Source: a virus
IMG/VR virus record: IMGVR_UViG_3300044695_002580
Coordinates: 1-64,000 of that record
DNA length: 64,000 nucleotides
Strand: one strand, 5' to 3'
Translations under genes and position numbers: made by a program
In this document: piece after piece, positions 61,177 through 64,000 of the stretch
Layout of the letters: each line of letters starts with the position of its first letter
Numbering within the stretch: the first letter of the stretch is position 1
The notes under the pieces: generated by a model
Databases searched by the model: none
What the model was told of the DNA's origin: nothing
Seen by the model: the letters and a program-made list of their open reading frames with translations, nothing else

Positions 61177-62520
61177 CTAAACCACTGTGGAGCCAGCGAA
61201 GGCATCACAGCTAAACGAAACGGTTGTGCGTAAAGGAATCATATCTTCTGTAAAGAAGGTGTGATTGATAGACATATTTGTTATCCATCCAACAAAAGAT
61301 AGCTGCTGTTGAGCGTTAGGTCCGAACCTAAAGCCCAAGAGGCTAGGGGATAGGAACCCAATGTTCGCTGTCTTTTTAAGCATCAGTGTTGCCCACTCAC
61401 CAGAGCCTTGGTTAGCTCCGTTTCCATTTAGGGCCTTAAACAGATACTCAAGGTCAGCCATTGTTCCAAACTTCATTAGGTCATTAATCTTTTGTAAATT
61501 TACAGACCCAAGTCCAGATGGGTAGTAGTCCACAGCGTTACTTGGTATCTTGGCGTACTTACTTTCTCTAACCTGTGGGCTGTTTGCATTTACCTCTACA
61601 GCTTTTGGATGCTTCATTGAGTTTGCATACGTATCTCCAGCCATAGACCTTAGAGCTGCAAAGTCATTTACACGGTCTAACATAATCTGGAATTGGTATG
61701 TCTCTTGTCCAGGGAAGGCGCCTGCAACTGAACGGAAACGGTCAGCTGATGATGGGGTAACATCCATGTTTCTTGCAATAGAAGATGAGATAGTTTCTGG
61801 GTTCCATAGGAATTGAAAACCGTAGTTGTAGTTGTTCTCTTTTCCAGAGCCCTGCTTTAATATCTCATTCTTTTTATCTGCTTCTTTTGTTGCTGCCTGT
61901 AGTTGAGCTGCAGATGTAATTACTGTTGCGCCGTTTTCTTCTTTGCTAGCAGAGATGTCGCTTCCGTTACTCCAGTGCCAAATAACACCTCTACGTAGTC
62001 TGTGGAAGTCGCCCTCGTGGTTGTTCTGTGCAACATTTCCTTTACCACTAGTACCGTCTACCGCGTGCGGTCTTACAGGTAGGCTCCACTTATGTGGCGG
62101 TAGGTTGTAGTCATAGTTTCTTGGTGGAAATGACTTAGTACTCTTATTGTCTGGAGGGGTACTCCCCACCAGATTGTTGTAATCTTTTATCGCTGAGTTT
62201 TCCAAAGCTTTTCCAATAAGGGTTAGACCTAACCCAACACCTAGTCCAGGTAATCCACCAACTCTTACTATTTTGCCTGCTCTAGATAAAGCAACACCTA
62301 CTGCTTGACGGTTGAGACCAGAGCCAACTACCGTTGAGGCCGCAGCAGCTGCAGCAACTGTAGGGGCCGCTGATGATGCAATGCTTCCAGCAGTTGTTGA
62401 TACTACGCTAGCTGTAGCTAGGTTGTTAATTCTTTTTAAAGCTTCAGCTTTTTTTACTGTTTCTTTTTTTACAGCAGCTTTCTTTTTTTGAAGTAATCCT
62501 GGAGGAACGATGAATGGCAT
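61177..62520 (-). CDS. tail tube initiator/baseplate protein
   Basis: FQFLWNPETI...FVGWITNMSINHTFF...IPLR; between TMP and LysM. Confidence 0.65.
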   Translation of the reverse strand: MPFIVPPGLLQKKKAAVKKETVKKAEALKRINNLATASVVSTTAGSIASSAAPTVAAAAAASTVVGSGLNRQAVGVALSRAGKIVRVGGLPGLGVGLGLTLIGKALENSAIKDYNNLVGSTPPDNKSTKSFPPRNYDYNLPPHKWSLPVRPHAVDGTSGKGNVAQNNHEGDFHRLRRGVIWHWSNGSDISASKEENGATVITSAAQLQAATKEADKKNEILKQGSGKENNYNYGFQFLWNPETISSSIARNMDVTPSSADRFRSVAGAFPGQETYQFQIMLDRVNDFAALRSMAGDTYANSMKHPKAVEVNANSPQVRESKYAKIPSNAVDYYPSGLGSVNLQKINDLMKFGTMADLEYLFKALNGNGANQGSGEWATLMLKKTANIGFLSPSLLGFRFGPNAQQQLSFVGWITNMSINHTFFTEDMIPLRTTVSFSCDAFAGSTVV

Positions 62521-64000
62521 TAGTTTTTAGCCGCCTTATCTAGAGTCTCTGAGTTTGATAGAGCCGCCTTTAGGGCTGCAATATTGTCTTGTGCGCTTCC
62601 TCCACCAGATAGGTTTACTGTAACGCCGCCATAGTTATACGTTGTAGCGCCTACCTGAGATGTTGTTTTTAGTGCAGGGCTTGACATAGAGGTAAAGCCT
62701 TTTAGTAAATCTGATACTAGATTTCTATTGTTGGTTCCTTCAGTGCTGAACAACTTAGACCAACTAAACTTGCCATCTTCTTTGCCGTTATTTTTAGCTG
62801 AAGCAGAGGAGAAGGTAGACCTATCTGAGCCACCATCACCTGAAGAGTTGTTGTTACCAAGCACAGATTTAGTAGACCAAGAGCTCCAGTTATATCCTTT
62901 TTGAGACATGTGGTATGCAACACGTGCATTAGTCTCTGCATCAAAAAGGTCGTTAACTGAATTTAACTTAAATGACTTACCGCCTGCCATGTTCCAAGAC
63001 TTATTTAGACGTTCGTCCATAAGGTCGCCAAGCATGTTAATTTGGAATAGGCCATAGGAGAGGTCCCCACCATGTGGATTAAATGCGTATGGGCGTCCAC
63101 CAGACTCAGCACCAGCAATCTTTAATGCGTTTGCTAATCCCTGTCCTTCAAAGCCCGCTCTTTCCAATACCTTCTTTAATTCATCTGGGCTCAACTTAAT
63201 TCCGCTTGAGCCCTTAGGGCCTGTAAAGTTTCCATTGTGGCTGTGTCCTGGGTACGCAGCGCCACCCTCATGTCGGAATGGGTGGTTCTTTAACTCATGG
63301 TTAGGAACAATAATTCCTGGCTGTTCAGGGACGAATAGTTCTGGGCCCTGCTCACCTACAACGTAAGGCATCTTTCCACCAACAGGTCCACCTTCTGCTC
63401 TAAACATATTACCAAGAAGACCACCTAGTAGTGGGCCAGCAGCAAAGTTAAACGCTCCAGACAATACATTGCCAAGACCGCTTTGCCCTAGTGTTCCTAT
63501 ACCGCTTTTAATTGCCCCAATTCCAGAGAACAGACCAGTAAATCTATCAATTAAGTTCATGAAACCTGTAAAGTAGCTAAGCACGCGGTTTGCATACGTG
63601 AAGGCGTCAGCCATAGCAGGTGCTGCTTGCTGTAGGGTTCTAGTAGATTCTGTAATTCTTTGGCTTAAAGAACTAACTGCAGGTGTAGTAGCGCCATACT
63701 TCTCACCAAGTTTTTTAAGGTCTCTTCCAGCAAAGGCCTGTCCACCACTTCGCGCTTTAAGCATAAGACCATCTTCTACCTGCTTACGAAGTAGGGGGTC
63801 ATTTCCAAAGTATTGGTCAAGCATAGATGCCAGAGCATTACCAGGCTGTAAAGAGATAGCTACATCTTGAGCAGTTACGGGTTCATTGCCCATCTTTTCT
63901 CTCATTAACTTAGCCCAGATTTCATCAATAATCTGTGGCATAGGTTTCATAGAACCATCTTCACCACGGATACGGATACCAATACCGCGAAGCATGTTGA
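62520..64000 (-). CDS. tape measure protein C-terminus with lytic transglycosylase domain (5' truncated by window)
   Basis: RAEGGPV...VGEQGPELFVP; AESGG...SYGLFQINM...N..VAY...W..W. Confidence 0.85.
   Translation of the reverse strand, partial: NMLRGIGIRIRGEDGSMKPMPQIIDEIWAKLMREKMGNEPVTAQDVAISLQPGNALASMLDQYFGNDPLLRKQVEDGLMLKARSGGQAFAGRDLKKLGEKYGATTPAVSSLSQRITESTRTLQQAAPAMADAFTYANRVLSYFTGFMNLIDRFTGLFSGIGAIKSGIGTLGQSGLGNVLSGAFNFAAGPLLGGLLGNMFRAEGGPVGGKMPYVVGEQGPELFVPEQPGIIVPNHELKNHPFRHEGGAAYPGHSHNGNFTGPKGSSGIKLSPDELKKVLERAGFEGQGLANALKIAGAESGGRPYAFNPHGGDLSYGLFQINMLGDLMDERLNKSWNMAGGKSFKLNSVNDLFDAETNARVAYHMSQKGYNWSSWSTKSVLGNNNSSGDGGSDRSTFSSASAKNNGKEDGKFSWSKLFSTEGTNNRNLVSDLLKGFTSMSSPALKTTSQVGATTYNYGGVTVNLSGGGSAQDNIAALKAALSNSETLDKAAKN

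Noticed and set aside
1-64000. Stop-codon reassignment
   Set aside because: Conserved genes are uninterrupted under code 11, all three stops are used, and no suppressor tRNA is present.

Overview
A 64 kb internal segment of a large tailed dsDNA phage with a contractile tail (tape measure with lytic transglycosylase, gpX/LysM, hub, spike, gp25, baseplate J, wedge). The host is most likely actinobacterial: the phage encodes WhiB and an MSMEG_6728-type glycosylase, and many genes look leaderless (TAnnnT-6nt-ATG). Almost all genes are on the minus strand. From right to left these are: tail/baseplate (54-64 kb); replication/recombination (37-53.7 kb: initiator, DnaC-like loader, DnaB, primase, dNMP kinase, SNF2, three tRNAs, SSB, PolA, RecA, WhiB, Cas4-like nuclease, RuvC-like); accessory/nucleotide genes (25.3-37 kb: SpoVS, Hsp20, metallophosphoesterase, nucleotidyltransferase, class II RNR); and lysis/surface/fibre genes (0-12 kb), ending in a 2OG-Fe(II) oxygenase plus a GT60-like glycosyltransferase just downstream of a (Pro-Thr)n fibre gene. 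A plus-strand island (12.2-25.3 kb), probably the early region, is built from repeated modules. Eight promoters share a CCTG(T/A)GA(G/A) box, a GGCGTGTCG box (reverse complement contains the WhiA motif GACAC) and a -10 element at fixed, helically phased spacings. A family of long co-varying hairpins bounded by GTTTGTG(T/C)TGG precedes them. Several units end in a 3' hairpin whose sequence is complementary to that unit's own Shine-Dalgarno region. The island also carries a perfect DnaA-box pair, CRP-type boxes and an SOS-like box. These non-coding architectures and the hydroxylase/glycosyltransferase/Pro-Thr fibre cluster are the main candidates for undescribed systems. All protein calls come from motif recognition by eye; no database search was run.
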